Source: a virus (taxonomy: Duplodnaviria; Caudoviricetes). From it: a DNA stretch of 64,000 nucleotides. This document shows, piece by piece, positions 27,061-36,800 of the stretch. The position numbers and the translations under genes are program-made. The notes under the pieces were generated by a model. That model was not told where the DNA came from. It saw nothing but the letters and a program-made list of their open reading frames with translations, and made no database searches. The stretch is from the IMG/VR virus record IMGVR_UViG_3300028833_003520. The stretch is one strand, 5' to 3'. Numbering within the stretch: position 1 is the stretch's first letter; each line of letters starts with the position of its first letter.

Positions 27061-27388
27061 AGTCAAACCACCTTTCTCCCTTTAGGGACATTAGAATAAT
27101 TTTTGAGTTATACTCACAAGTATTGTCTATATCCGTGCAGGATATTTATTTGAGAGTGGATTCGTTCCACTTATTGCGTCAGCAATTACTTATGAGAGAA
27201 AACTCACTTATCTTCCGAAGACAGTCGAACAGACTGGCTCATTGGAAAAACATATAAACTTTATCATAAATGAGGAGAAACCGTCAAGAAAAAGGTATCT
27301 ATATTAGTATATATACTATAATTATTATGGTATTTTTATGTGTATTAAAAATGTAATAAAAAATACTTATTAAATGTTGAAAAAAGTG

Positions 27389-27417
27389 TTGACATCTGCT
27401 TTTTTATCCCTTATAAT
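27389..27417 (+). promoter_or_regulatory. Consensus sigma-A promoter of partition operon
   Basis: TTGACA-17-TATAAT after a very AT-rich tract. Confidence 0.9.
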
Positions 27418-27438
27418 TACGATGTAATCATTAAAAAA

Positions 27439-27454
27439 TGCTCATATATGAGCA
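27439..27454. promoter_or_regulatory. Palindromic operator TGCTCATATATGAGCA
   Basis: Perfect 16-bp palindrome; variants at 21620, 27261, 44474, 52483, 61687, 61716, 62336, all in or beside promoters. Confidence 0.7.
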
Positions 27455-27471
27455 GAAAGGAGTACAAGTAA

Positions 27472-27933
27472 ATGGCAAATGAGAAAGCAGATGGCACACC
27501 GAAGAGATTAGGTAAAAACGGCAAGCCTTTAGGTCGTCCTACCTATGCCTCACAGGGAAAGAAGAAAAAGTCTGAAACTCAGACAACTTGGAAAATTGAT
27601 GTTCCGAATGGCGATATTTCAACGAATGAGTTCTTGAGGATTCAGGATAATCCATCACTTTCTGTAAGAACGATTATTCGAGAATATATCGAGAGAAATG
27701 GAATGGTCGATGCAACTTGTCAGCCTGTTGAGTACCGTCCTGTAGGGCGTAACGCAAGTGCAAAGAGGGAGCAAGCCGAAGCAGCGAACAGTCCCGAACC
27801 AAAATTCGAAGCAGAGAATGAACCAATTATTCAGAGAGAAACAGTTAGAACACCGATTTCTCAACCCACCGATGAAGATGATGACGATGCTATCGTTGCA
27901 AATATCTTCAGCAAAAATAAGAACAAGTCATAA
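27472..27933 (+). CDS. Probable partition adaptor / DNA-binding protein (ParR-like)
   Basis: Small gene co-transcribed with parM; basic N-terminus, acidic tail. Confidence 0.55.
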   Translation: MANEKADGTPKRLGKNGKPLGRPTYASQGKKKKSETQTTWKIDVPNGDISTNEFLRIQDNPSLSVRTIIREYIERNGMVDATCQPVEYRPVGRNASAKREQAEAANSPEPKFEAENEPIIQRETVRTPISQPTDEDDDDAIVANIFSKNKNKS

Positions 27934-27947
27934 AGGAGACAAAAATT

Positions 27948-29165
27948 ATGAAATTTGTAGTTGCAGGACTTGATGTAGGCAACGGTTATGTAAAGGGTGC
28001 CATCAAAGTCGATAATGAAGTAGAAAATGTATTTATTCCTTCTTGTGCTATGAAGGTAAAGAACACAGGTAACATTCTTCCTGTTGAGGGTGAGTCAGCA
28101 ATCAAGGAAGTCGTAACCAATATTTTTGATTATCTTGATGTTTCTTTTGATTCGAAGATGATTGAAGACGGAAGACGCAGATTTGTAGGTACTCGTGCAG
28201 TATCTATGGGTGACTACGGAATGGACGTTTTCAAGATTTCTGGAAACATCAGTAAGGCAAAGCAGGAACTCTCTCCTGTGCTTGTATTTACAAGCATTGC
28301 AGGTGTTGTACTCAAGAAAGAGTTCGAGAAGACAGGCAGACTTCCTGAAGAGATTGAATGCCACGTTTCATTGGCAGTCGCTCTTCCGATTGATGAGTAT
28401 AAGGATTATAGAGCAGAATATAAGGCATCTTATAAGAACACTTCTCACGTTGTAAGCATCAATAACTTCTTAACACCTGTTCGTATTAAGATTGTTATTG
28501 ATAACGTAATCGTCGGAGCAGAAGGTGCTTCAGCACAGTATGCGATTACTGAGTACGGAGAACCGTTGTACAATGCTATGCTTAAGACGGCTCGCAAGTA
28601 CGGTGCAGAGTTGAAAGGACTTGAAGCAAGGCATCTTGCCAATATCGTTAATACCGTAGGTATTGACATTGGCGAAGGAACAGTAAACTTTCCTGTATTC
28701 ACGAATGGTCAGTTTAATACTGATATTTCAACAACTGTGAATATGGGATATGGTACAGTTCTTCAGGAGTCTTTGGCGATGCTCAGAAAGTCAGGTCACG
28801 TTTTTAAGGGTGGTCGTAAGGAACTCGCAGAGTACCTTAAGAACCCTCCTGCAGAGGACGATTACTTCTACGAAGATTATAAGGAAGTAGTTCGTATCGT
28901 GGATGACCAGGCAGACACATTGGTTAACGAAATCGTTAATCATCTGACAGATATCCTCGGCTCGAATGTGCAGGTAGCATACGTCTATGGCGGTGGTGCC
29001 GCACCTATGAGAGAAATCCTTTACCCGAAACTCATTGAGGCTACAAGACCTTATGCTGGTGTTAAAGCCGATTATCCGATTCTCTATCTCGGTAATGAGT
29101 ATTCTCAGAACTTGAATAGAGAGGGTCTCTACATTATGGCAGACTCCTATAAGCCCGTTAAGTAA
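27948..29165 (+). CDS. parM: ParM/StbA family actin-like partition ATPase
   Basis: GLDVGNGYVK, AEG, IDIGEGTVN and YGGGA actin-fold motifs. Confidence 0.9.
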   Translation: MKFVVAGLDVGNGYVKGAIKVDNEVENVFIPSCAMKVKNTGNILPVEGESAIKEVVTNIFDYLDVSFDSKMIEDGRRRFVGTRAVSMGDYGMDVFKISGNISKAKQELSPVLVFTSIAGVVLKKEFEKTGRLPEEIECHVSLAVALPIDEYKDYRAEYKASYKNTSHVVSINNFLTPVRIKIVIDNVIVGAEGASAQYAITEYGEPLYNAMLKTARKYGAELKGLEARHLANIVNTVGIDIGEGTVNFPVFTNGQFNTDISTTVNMGYGTVLQESLAMLRKSGHVFKGGRKELAEYLKNPPAEDDYFYEDYKEVVRIVDDQADTLVNEIVNHLTDILGSNVQVAYVYGGGAAPMREILYPKLIEATRPYAGVKADYPILYLGNEYSQNLNREGLYIMADSYKPVK

Positions 29166-29236
29166 TTTACGAGAGGTAAGGTCGAGTCTTTAAGGCTCGA
29201 CCATTCCTCAAGGCTTTTTGAAAGGAGCGTAACAGA

Positions 29237-29740
29237 ATGTATGTTGGAGATGATGGTCGTGTCGAGATTTTGCATATAAAATCTGATGATACGTTTTTAG
29301 TAAAATTTAGCGATTTACCTTTCGATTTGTTTCCTGAGTTTAAGGAAAATGTAGCACGGTTTGAAGATAGTCAATTTGCTATTTTATCGAAAGAGCAAAT
29401 GCGTCTTATTTGCGGAGCAATCAGTCTTTGTAAAACAATAGGTGTAAGCGAAGCAAATAATGTTATATCTGAATGTCGAGTGAATGCTATGCGTGAGCGA
29501 GATGATGAGGATAGGAAACTCGCAAAAGAATTTGCTTTAGAGCGAGATAGAGCCGAATGGCAGCGATTAAATGCTATTTTCGGTAAGAATGAAGAAGCAA
29601 AGCCTGAACAGAAAACCGAAGAAACGGTTGTTACAGAGAATAGAGAATTTCCCTATGGAGAGATTAAGGTGAATCCTTATGATGAACCTCCGAAAATCAA
29701 TCCATACGGCGATAATTTTTCGATATTACCAAGCCAATAA
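29237..29740 (+). CDS. Hypothetical protein
   Basis: AAAGGAG RBS. Confidence 0.75.
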   Translation: MYVGDDGRVEILHIKSDDTFLVKFSDLPFDLFPEFKENVARFEDSQFAILSKEQMRLICGAISLCKTIGVSEANNVISECRVNAMRERDDEDRKLAKEFALERDRAEWQRLNAIFGKNEEAKPEQKTEETVVTENREFPYGEIKVNPYDEPPKINPYGDNFSILPSQ

Positions 29741-29784
29741 TCTATTTGCCAAATACTGTACAAGGATGATAGCCGTGATAGATA

Positions 29785-30560
29785 TGTCACGGCTATCATT
29801 CAAATCAGGGCAAGTAAACAATGAAATGAGGACACAAAAGATGAAGCGTAATTATGATGAAGATGAGCGTTATTTGTCTGAAGCAAAGAATGAAACGAAT
29901 GTTACTATTTCTGATGCTGATACTTATGACGAAGATGAGAATGATGAAGAGTCTGAATCCCAAAAGCCACAAACGAAATGGCAGCGTTTCTGTGAGTGGT
30001 GCAGATGGCACGAATTAGGTATTACATTGACTATAGTAGCCATTGTAGTACCGACGCTGTGGTTTCTCTGTACGGTAGATTACATAGCAGAAGTGCCTAT
30101 TTCTAATAAGGGTTGGGAACGAACTGCAAAACTCCAGACTTGGGGTATGGCACAACACGTTACCACAAACCCGAATAGCGAAATGAATGTGGTGGATAGT
30201 TGGACCGAAAGTCACGTTGTAAGTACGGGTAAGACTGCTTATACAGTTTCTACGACATATTATGTATATGAGCAGGAAGAATGGATAACAGTCGAGGAAT
30301 TTCCGACTTCAGGAAGGAATGATGAACCGTACTGGGGTATAGATGATGCTCAGACATTTGCACAGGTTGATAATCCCACGATAGGCGATTGCAGATATGA
30401 TTTCTCAGATGAGCATTATTACGTGACGGTAGGTGTAAGTTCACAATTACAGGAAATGCCATATGACAAGTGGCAACAGACGAATGTAGGTGATACAGTT
30501 GAAGTCACTTTTGGAAGTTATTTTGAGTATCTGTTTAATACAATAGGCGTTCGTAAGTAA
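29785..30560 (+). CDS. Single-pass membrane protein
   Basis: One TM after acidic N-terminus; start uncertain. Confidence 0.65.
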
Positions 30561-30964
30561 TGAATGGTGATTTCTATGTAGATTTTCATAATGAAGAAGA
30601 CCGAAAGCAAAGAGCGTATCAACAACAGGTTCCGAACGATGTAGGAGCATACATAGTTTGGATTGTTTGCCTCTTTGCTTTATCGGTTGTACTAATAATA
30701 CTCTATCTGACTTTAGGTGAATTTGTCGGTGAAATGATGGAGAAAAAAGAGCCGATAGGCTATGTAGTAACAATTGACCGTGATAACGGTATAGAACCCG
30801 AAACGTATGTAGCGACGGAACTGACATATACGCCAAGCGGATATGTAAAAATACGAGTGGAAGGCGTTACGGGTTATATTTACATTCCATATACTCAGAA
30901 TGTAAAAGTTGAAGAAGTTTACGATGAAACTTTTGAGACAAATTCGTTGACTTATGAGCAATAA
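30560..30964 (+). CDS. Single-pass membrane protein
   Basis: TAATG coupling, one TM. Confidence 0.7.
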   Translation: MNGDFYVDFHNEEDRKQRAYQQQVPNDVGAYIVWIVCLFALSVVLIILYLTLGEFVGEMMEKKEPIGYVVTIDRDNGIEPETYVATELTYTPSGYVKIRVEGVTGYIYIPYTQNVKVEEVYDETFETNSLTYEQ

Positions 30965-31061
30965 TTGCTTATTATAAGCGTGTCTTAAGGATGGATAGAG
31001 TCTTTAGCATAACGGATAATAAATCTCCCCTTTGCTTCGTCCGTTATGCGAAAAGCAAGAG

Positions 31062-31101
31062 AAAAAAAAATAAGTCCTCACTCAAATGAGTGGGGACTTA
31101 T
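31062..31101 (-). terminator. Terminator of RNase H operon
   Basis: TAAGTCCTCACTCA/TGAGTGGGGACTTA + U-tract on -. Confidence 0.8.
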
Positions 31102-31109
31102 TGCTTGGA

Positions 31110-31478
31110 TTAGTTATTTGTGCTTTTGAGCATAGTGATTATTCTGATAGGTGTCAGAATAAGCAAATATGCTGCGTCGTAAAGACCAACGATAATGATT
31201 ACCGCAACGATTTCAAATGCAATAAGTGCGGAGTTTACACTAACTGTAAATTCGTAGTTAAGCATTTCGGGAAGGTAGAGGACAATCAAGAGTATCGCCG
31301 TAGCGATACCGAAGATTATGTCGAATACTCTCCATATCTTCTTGGTCTTTTCACGCTTAACAGCAGGGTCAGTAACGACCTTTACTGTGTTGTAGCGAAC
31401 AGGGTTTTTTCTTTCAATGTACTTTCTATAAAGCACATTACCGAGAAAAACGCCGCAAATTACGCCAATCCACGTCAT
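31110..31478 (-). CDS. Membrane protein
   Basis: Three hydrophobic segments, GGAGGT RBS. Confidence 0.75.
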   Translation of the reverse strand: MTWIGVICGVFLGNVLYRKYIERKNPVRYNTVKVVTDPAVKREKTKKIWRVFDIIFGIATAILLIVLYLPEMLNYEFTVSVNSALIAFEIVAVIIIVGLYDAAYLLILTPIRIITMLKSTNN

Positions 31479-31480
31479 TG

Positions 31481-31888
31481 TTAGCCACCTCCTTTGTTAG
31501 CAAGGTATTCGTCGATAGTGTCGATAAAATTCTGAGGGTCATCGAAGAGGTTGTCTATCTCATTTTCGACATCTTCAGGTGCACAATTGTTGACGATGTT
31601 GAAGAGAATATATTTATAAATATTGTCAACATCGTATGTTTTGTAATGGTCTTTGAAACGGTTAGCGTCAATGTAGCATCTACCTTCTTTTGTAAATGCG
31701 TCAAGAACTTCGCTTAACAGATACCAAGTATCAAATACATACAGAGTGCCTGGTAAACCGCTTTCGTAACGTAAGACAACAATGTTGTCTGATAATTTCT
31801 CAATCTGAGAAATCTGATATTCTGTGAAAACGTGCTTTGTGATGCCTGGAATATCGGAAGGCATTGCTTCTTCTTTTACGAGTATCAT
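31481..31888 (-). CDS. Hypothetical protein
   Basis: Start MILVK behind AAAGGAG. Confidence 0.7.
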   Translation of the reverse strand: MILVKEEAMPSDIPGITKHVFTEYQISQIEKLSDNIVVLRYESGLPGTLYVFDTWYLLSEVLDAFTKEGRCYIDANRFKDHYKTYDVDNIYKYILFNIVNNCAPEDVENEIDNLFDDPQNFIDTIDEYLANKGGG

Positions 31889-31890
31889 AG

Positions 31891-32619
31891 TTAATTCTCC
31901 TTTATTTTGGATTCTGTAAGGCACATTACTTGATAAGCAGTAAGCGAAGTAATGTTATCCTCATATTCGTTGAGCATATTTTTCTGTTCGGTAGTCATAT
32001 CGGACAGATTGATGCTCTTCTTTGCTAAAGCGTCTGCAAGTTCGTTGAACTTGTCGCCTGTGTGTGACTTAATGTGTTCAAAAGTGAAATCACAAAGGTC
32101 TTTGCAATCATCTGCGAAGTCTTGATAACACTTGGTAAAGACTTCGTTAGCCTTCCATTTGTGAGTCGCCCACATTTCAATGCCCATATAGTCGTAGCAA
32201 ATCTTGCAAGACTTGAGGGCGTTCTTGATAGCATAGTTGAATGAAAATGTTGCGGCTTTGATTTCACCGAATACATTGCGAGATTTATGATGGTCGGCAG
32301 AGCCGTAGAAACCTTCGATAAACTCGCCGTTCTTGGTGATGACAATACCGAAGCCAACTCGTTCGGTGTCGGTGTTGTAGGAACCATCGACATAGATAAC
32401 AACATTATCAGTAGGGTTGATTTCCTTAGTAGTAAGGAGTTCAACCGTTGGTACACAGATTGAGTCGGTTGGTTCGGGTTCTTCGTAATAGTCATCAATC
32501 AGTGTTTGAATGATGGTGTTTACTTTGAGGTATTTATGTTGTTCTGAAGGGTTGGCAACCCTGAGTGCAAGGATGCCTCTTTGGGTAATTTCTTTAAGTT
32601 CGGATTTAGATATGTCCAT
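31891..32619 (-). CDS. rnhA: Ribonuclease HI with N-terminal extension
   Basis: YVDGSYN, RNVFGEI, YDYMGI..W..KWK, HIKSHTG..NELADALAK catalytic motifs. Confidence 0.9.
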   Translation of the reverse strand: MDISKSELKEITQRGILALRVANPSEQHKYLKVNTIIQTLIDDYYEEPEPTDSICVPTVELLTTKEINPTDNVVIYVDGSYNTDTERVGFGIVITKNGEFIEGFYGSADHHKSRNVFGEIKAATFSFNYAIKNALKSCKICYDYMGIEMWATHKWKANEVFTKCYQDFADDCKDLCDFTFEHIKSHTGDKFNELADALAKKSINLSDMTTEQKNMLNEYEDNITSLTAYQVMCLTESKIKEN

Positions 32620-33020
32620 TATGTATTCTCCTTTTTTCTAAAGTAGAGTACCCAATATGGGTAACCGTTGTAGGCGTTACACGACTGCTCCATACCCGTT
32701 AAGATTACTTCTTCTCCGAACAGGGCAGAGAGGAATTTGCTTATCTGTTCAGGTGGGTACATTATGTAAAACTGGCAAGTGCCACATATTTCTTCCCATA
32801 ATGTACTGTAGTTAGGGTATTGCTGCATCAGTCGGTCAGACCACGCTTGATTATCACTCTGACGGTAGCCGTTCTTGTAAACGCAATAGTCAGAATAAGA
32901 ATATGGATATTCTTCGGGAAGACGAATAGAAGGTTTGCCAGATATGGTTATATTGTAGTGAACAATCTGACCTTCTTCGTCAACATAGGCTCTACGAAAT
33001 TCTCTGTATGCTGAATCCAT
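32619..33020 (-). CDS. Hypothetical protein
   Basis: Start MDSAY behind AAAAGGAG. Confidence 0.7.
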   Translation of the reverse strand: MDSAYREFRRAYVDEEGQIVHYNITISGKPSIRLPEEYPYSYSDYCVYKNGYRQSDNQAWSDRLMQQYPNYSTLWEEICGTCQFYIMYPPEQISKFLSALFGEEVILTGMEQSCNAYNGYPYWVLYFRKKENT

Positions 33021-33096
33021 TTGATGTATTCTCCTTTTCATTGGTAAATGGCTCTATAGTCAATTAAGTTTTAGAGCCTTGTATTATTATTTATAT

Positions 33097-33127
33097 CAAA
33101 AGTGGGCTGAATGACCGAACAGGTCAT
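33097..33127 (-). promoter_or_regulatory. CAAAAGT-N7-hairpin(GAACA) element heading the RNase H operon
   Basis: CAAAAGT GGGCTGA ATGACC GAACA GGTCAT; same geometry as copies at 21.2, 21.6, 26.0 and 27.1 kb. Confidence 0.65.
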
Positions 33128-33193
33128 TTATTGCCTTTTTATAGTGCAATATTACCAAATACGTTATGCAAAATAACGGTTCTATAAAATATG

Positions 33194-33223
33194 TTGACAA
33201 ACAGTTAGGATTTATGATAGTAT
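33194..33223 (+). promoter_or_regulatory. Sigma-A promoter of structured ncRNA
   Basis: TTGACA-18-TAGTAT with TGn extended -10. Confidence 0.7.
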
Positions 33224-33229
33224 AGCCAC

Positions 33230-33557
33230 AGGTTGATATTCCATTACGGATTGTCAAACTCCTTTCTTAGTTCGATGCTGATGAAGTATCAAAACGTAAG
33301 GATTGAAACTTGTACGTACTTGTGGATAAGGCTGTACGACTAACTGTGACAAGGTAAGGGACTTACCACCTTCGGTTTAAGCAGATTTTGGTTAGTCGAT
33401 GCAGACACACAAAACCGTTAAGCGATACGAAATACGCAAGTCTTTCGGAGTAAGCACAACATAACGGGTGTCTGTAGTAAAACAGTTAGCGTTTGAACCG
33501 AAGTTACGAATTAAGATGAAACGGCACCCATCAGGTAACTGGTGGGTGTTTACTTTT
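33230..33557 (+). ncRNA. Unidentified ~330-nt highly structured RNA
   Basis: Own promoter and terminator (33524-33557), no credible ORF, long-range helices and a 13-bp pseudoknot. Confidence 0.7.
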
Positions 33558-33850
33558 GCTCGGAAATATTTATTTACGAGCGTTTATAGAACATTTGACG
33601 TTATTCAAAATAACAATTTGGGAATGTTTTTCCGATTTATTACGGTTGATGATTATTTTGCATAAAATCGTCGATGTTAAAAATCCGACACCATATAGGT
33701 CAAATGTGACATTATTATTTCTTTTTTATTGAAATATGAGGATATTTGTGGTATATTTACTTCGATATATCCATCCGCCACACTTATCAGACAGATTTGA
33801 GAAAATTTGACTGGTGAGGTGGTGAAAATCGTCAAGAAAGGAGAAGTGAA

Positions 33851-36800
33851 ATGGAGCATATCAATTCTTCGACGCTTAAGCCTAATGAGCAGAAGAATAC
33901 TCCGTCCTTTTGGCACAATCTTACTGACTTTAGCAAAAGTCCTGTTCTGCGTACTGTAAAAGCGATTAGAGATAATCGTAAAGTACGTAGATTTTTGGAT
34001 GTTAGCAGAAGTCCCGTGAGGTGCTGGTGGGTGGAGCACAAGATGTCGAGACGTGTGATTTCAGCCACACTTTCTGCATTTCTTGTGTTTGGTTCTTCAG
34101 GCATTACGGCTCTCGCAGCGTCACCAGATGACATCAACGGTACGACCGTTGTAGATGCCAATCAGGGTACTTCCGCAGTTATACTGAAGCCTGTAACTAA
34201 CGGAAAGTTAACCTTTATTGACAGTCCCGAAAGTTCGTTAGATGTTCCGAGTTCATCAAGAGTATCAATCAAGGTCACTGTTGAAGATGGTTACAAACTG
34301 TCAGGTATTGTAGCCGTTAACAACGAAGGTGAAGTTCTTGAAGGTCAACTTTATGATGATATTTTCACATTTATCGCAAAGGGAGTAAGTATTTCAGTTT
34401 ATGCAGAGTGCCTTGAGAAAGACCGTGTTGATGAAGCACAGGCACAGATAGATAATCTTAACGAGTTAATCGTTAAGACTTCTGATGCATCAATTCTTCT
34501 CTCAGGAAGCAATATTGTATCGCATTATGGTAACTTATATATTTTAAGTTATGACAATAGTGAGGATGCAAAGGCTGCATTCACTTACTACAGCAATGTA
34601 GCAGAGTTTGTTGATTTCAACACAGCAATGATTATTCAGGACGAAGAATTCTCTGATTATGGTATTGCGAACTCAAGTGAATGTGAGTCTGTTGCAGGTA
34701 CAAATGAATTAGAGAAACTTGATGAAGTTTCTGGTTCTGTACCTCAGGCTCCTGCAAAGACTATTGCCCTCATTGATACAGGTGTATCAGCAGATGCGAC
34801 TGTAGTAGATAGAGTATCTTTTATCGAGGGTAGTCTTGATGATGATAACGGACACGGTTCTGCTATGTACGATATCATTAAAGCCGAATATCCTGACGTT
34901 AATATCCTTTCTATTAAGGCTATGAACTCCGAAGGTATCGGTAAGGCTTCAACAATATATGCGGCTATTCAGTATGCAATCGAAGCAAAGGTTGATGTAA
35001 TTAACCTTTCTATTTCTGCATATAGCCGTGTAGAGAATGTGTTACTTCACGAGGCAATTCAACAGGCAACTGCCGCAGGCATTGTTGTCGTTGGTGCTGC
35101 AGGTAACTTGGATTCTAACGCCAAGTGGTTCTTGCCTGGTATGTATGATGAAGTAATCGTTGTAGGTGCGTCTGCACATTATCAGGAAGGCAATAATGAA
35201 ACATCTGAGGGAGTTTCTTCTTCTGATGTATGGTATCTTGAAAAGAATCCTGATTCTAATTATGGCGATACTGTAGATTATTTTGTTGATGCAAATTCCA
35301 CTTCTGAAGCATCCGCTATTATGGCGGCTTATATTGCGAAGAATGGTACAACGATACCTACAGGCAATGCTGTTACAGATAGGTTCCATTTAAGAGCAGA
35401 CCTTGATTATGATGAAGAGACATCTATGGATGACCCTTACATCAACAATTATGCCGACTTTGAAACTGCAATGCATTGGAGTCATATGAACCCCAGTAAT
35501 GCACCTTCAGAAATCACCGAGAACGGTGGTGGTGATGGTGACCTTAGAATTTGGTACAGTGAATTTATTCCTGGTGCTTCGTATTCAACATTCGTATATC
35601 GTCAGGCAGGTGTTTCGCAACAGTATGGTAACTTCAGTCAGTCAATATACTGTGCAGAAGCAGCACAGACGAACCCTATGGGTGGTTGGACACTTGAAAG
35701 AATTGGCGGTTCAGGTTGGGATGATAAGTGTAAACCTTGGTGTGGTCTTGGACCTGGCGGTGACGCTTATGACCTTATGATTGACTGGTGGAGAAGCCAT
35801 CAGGCTGAGATGGATGCAGCAGGTGTTACATTGACTATTCCAGCCACTATGAACGCAAGTCATATGAACACGGGACATACGTGGCCGAGTCAGGCTACGG
35901 ATGTTGATAGAGCCAATAGATTTTTCTATATGGTTGCCCATATGTGCATTGACCGTGCATATACAGGTTCTTGGCATCATTTGCCTGGTGGTAAGAATGG
36001 TAAGTTCGATGACCTTGTAAAAGCATTTTATAACTATGGTCTTGAAGTAATGAAAGACGATAGTGATGCATATACAGATTGGTGGTATAGAAGTTACAAG
36101 GTTAAGGGCAGAAGCGATGGTACTTATCAGCGTCTTTTGCTTGGTGGTGTTCGTAAGAATACTACACAGCCTGTATCTGTTCAGAAAGAAACATCTCGTG
36201 TAGGTTGGGATAATGCAAGAATGGCATTCTTTACAGGTGCATCAAATGTTAATACATCAGGTGTTAGATATTATGCTCCAATAACAGATGCGACATTTAG
36301 ACTTGCAGGAAGCAAGGCTTATCCAATTACACACGTTGGTAGTGATGGTAAAGTTGTTTGGGATAAGGTCGATAAAGGCGATTATATTCTTGTTGAGAAT
36401 GATGTACCAAGAGGTTATATTCGTGCAGACGATGTAAACTTCACTGTTGGTAATGAACCTGTCAGTTTGACTGTTACAAATATCCCTGTTGTAAGAGATG
36501 TGCCTCTTATTAAGACTTATGGTAATACTGCTTTGTCAGATAGTAACAGCAACTATAGTCTTGGTGGAGCCAAGTATGAACTTATTCCTACTTGGGGTAC
36601 AGATGCTCAAAAGCAGACTTATAAGTTTACTGTAACCACAGGCACAGACGGTAAGGCAACATTTACTAATGTTCCTTATGGTCGTTATATTTTGCACGAA
36701 ACACAAGCCTCAAAGGGTTGTGCGTGTGCTCCTGATATTTATGTATCAGTTACACCCGAAGGTATTTATCAGACAGGAAGTAATAACCAGACTGTAAATG

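Noticed and set aside
27295-27385. parC iteron centromere
   Set aside because: The tract is very AT-rich and plausibly placed, but I could not define regular direct repeats.
33278-33335. Hammerhead ribozyme (CTGATGA...GAAAC)
   Set aside because: Stem II is poor, no NUH site follows a stem III, and CTGATGA is better explained as part of the GATGCT/AGTATC hairpin.
33335-33400. Group I intron core (ACGACTA..TAGTC resembling P7)
   Set aside because: The pseudoknot partner lies downstream rather than upstream, no P4-P6 domain or exons are evident, and the RNA is a free-standing unit.
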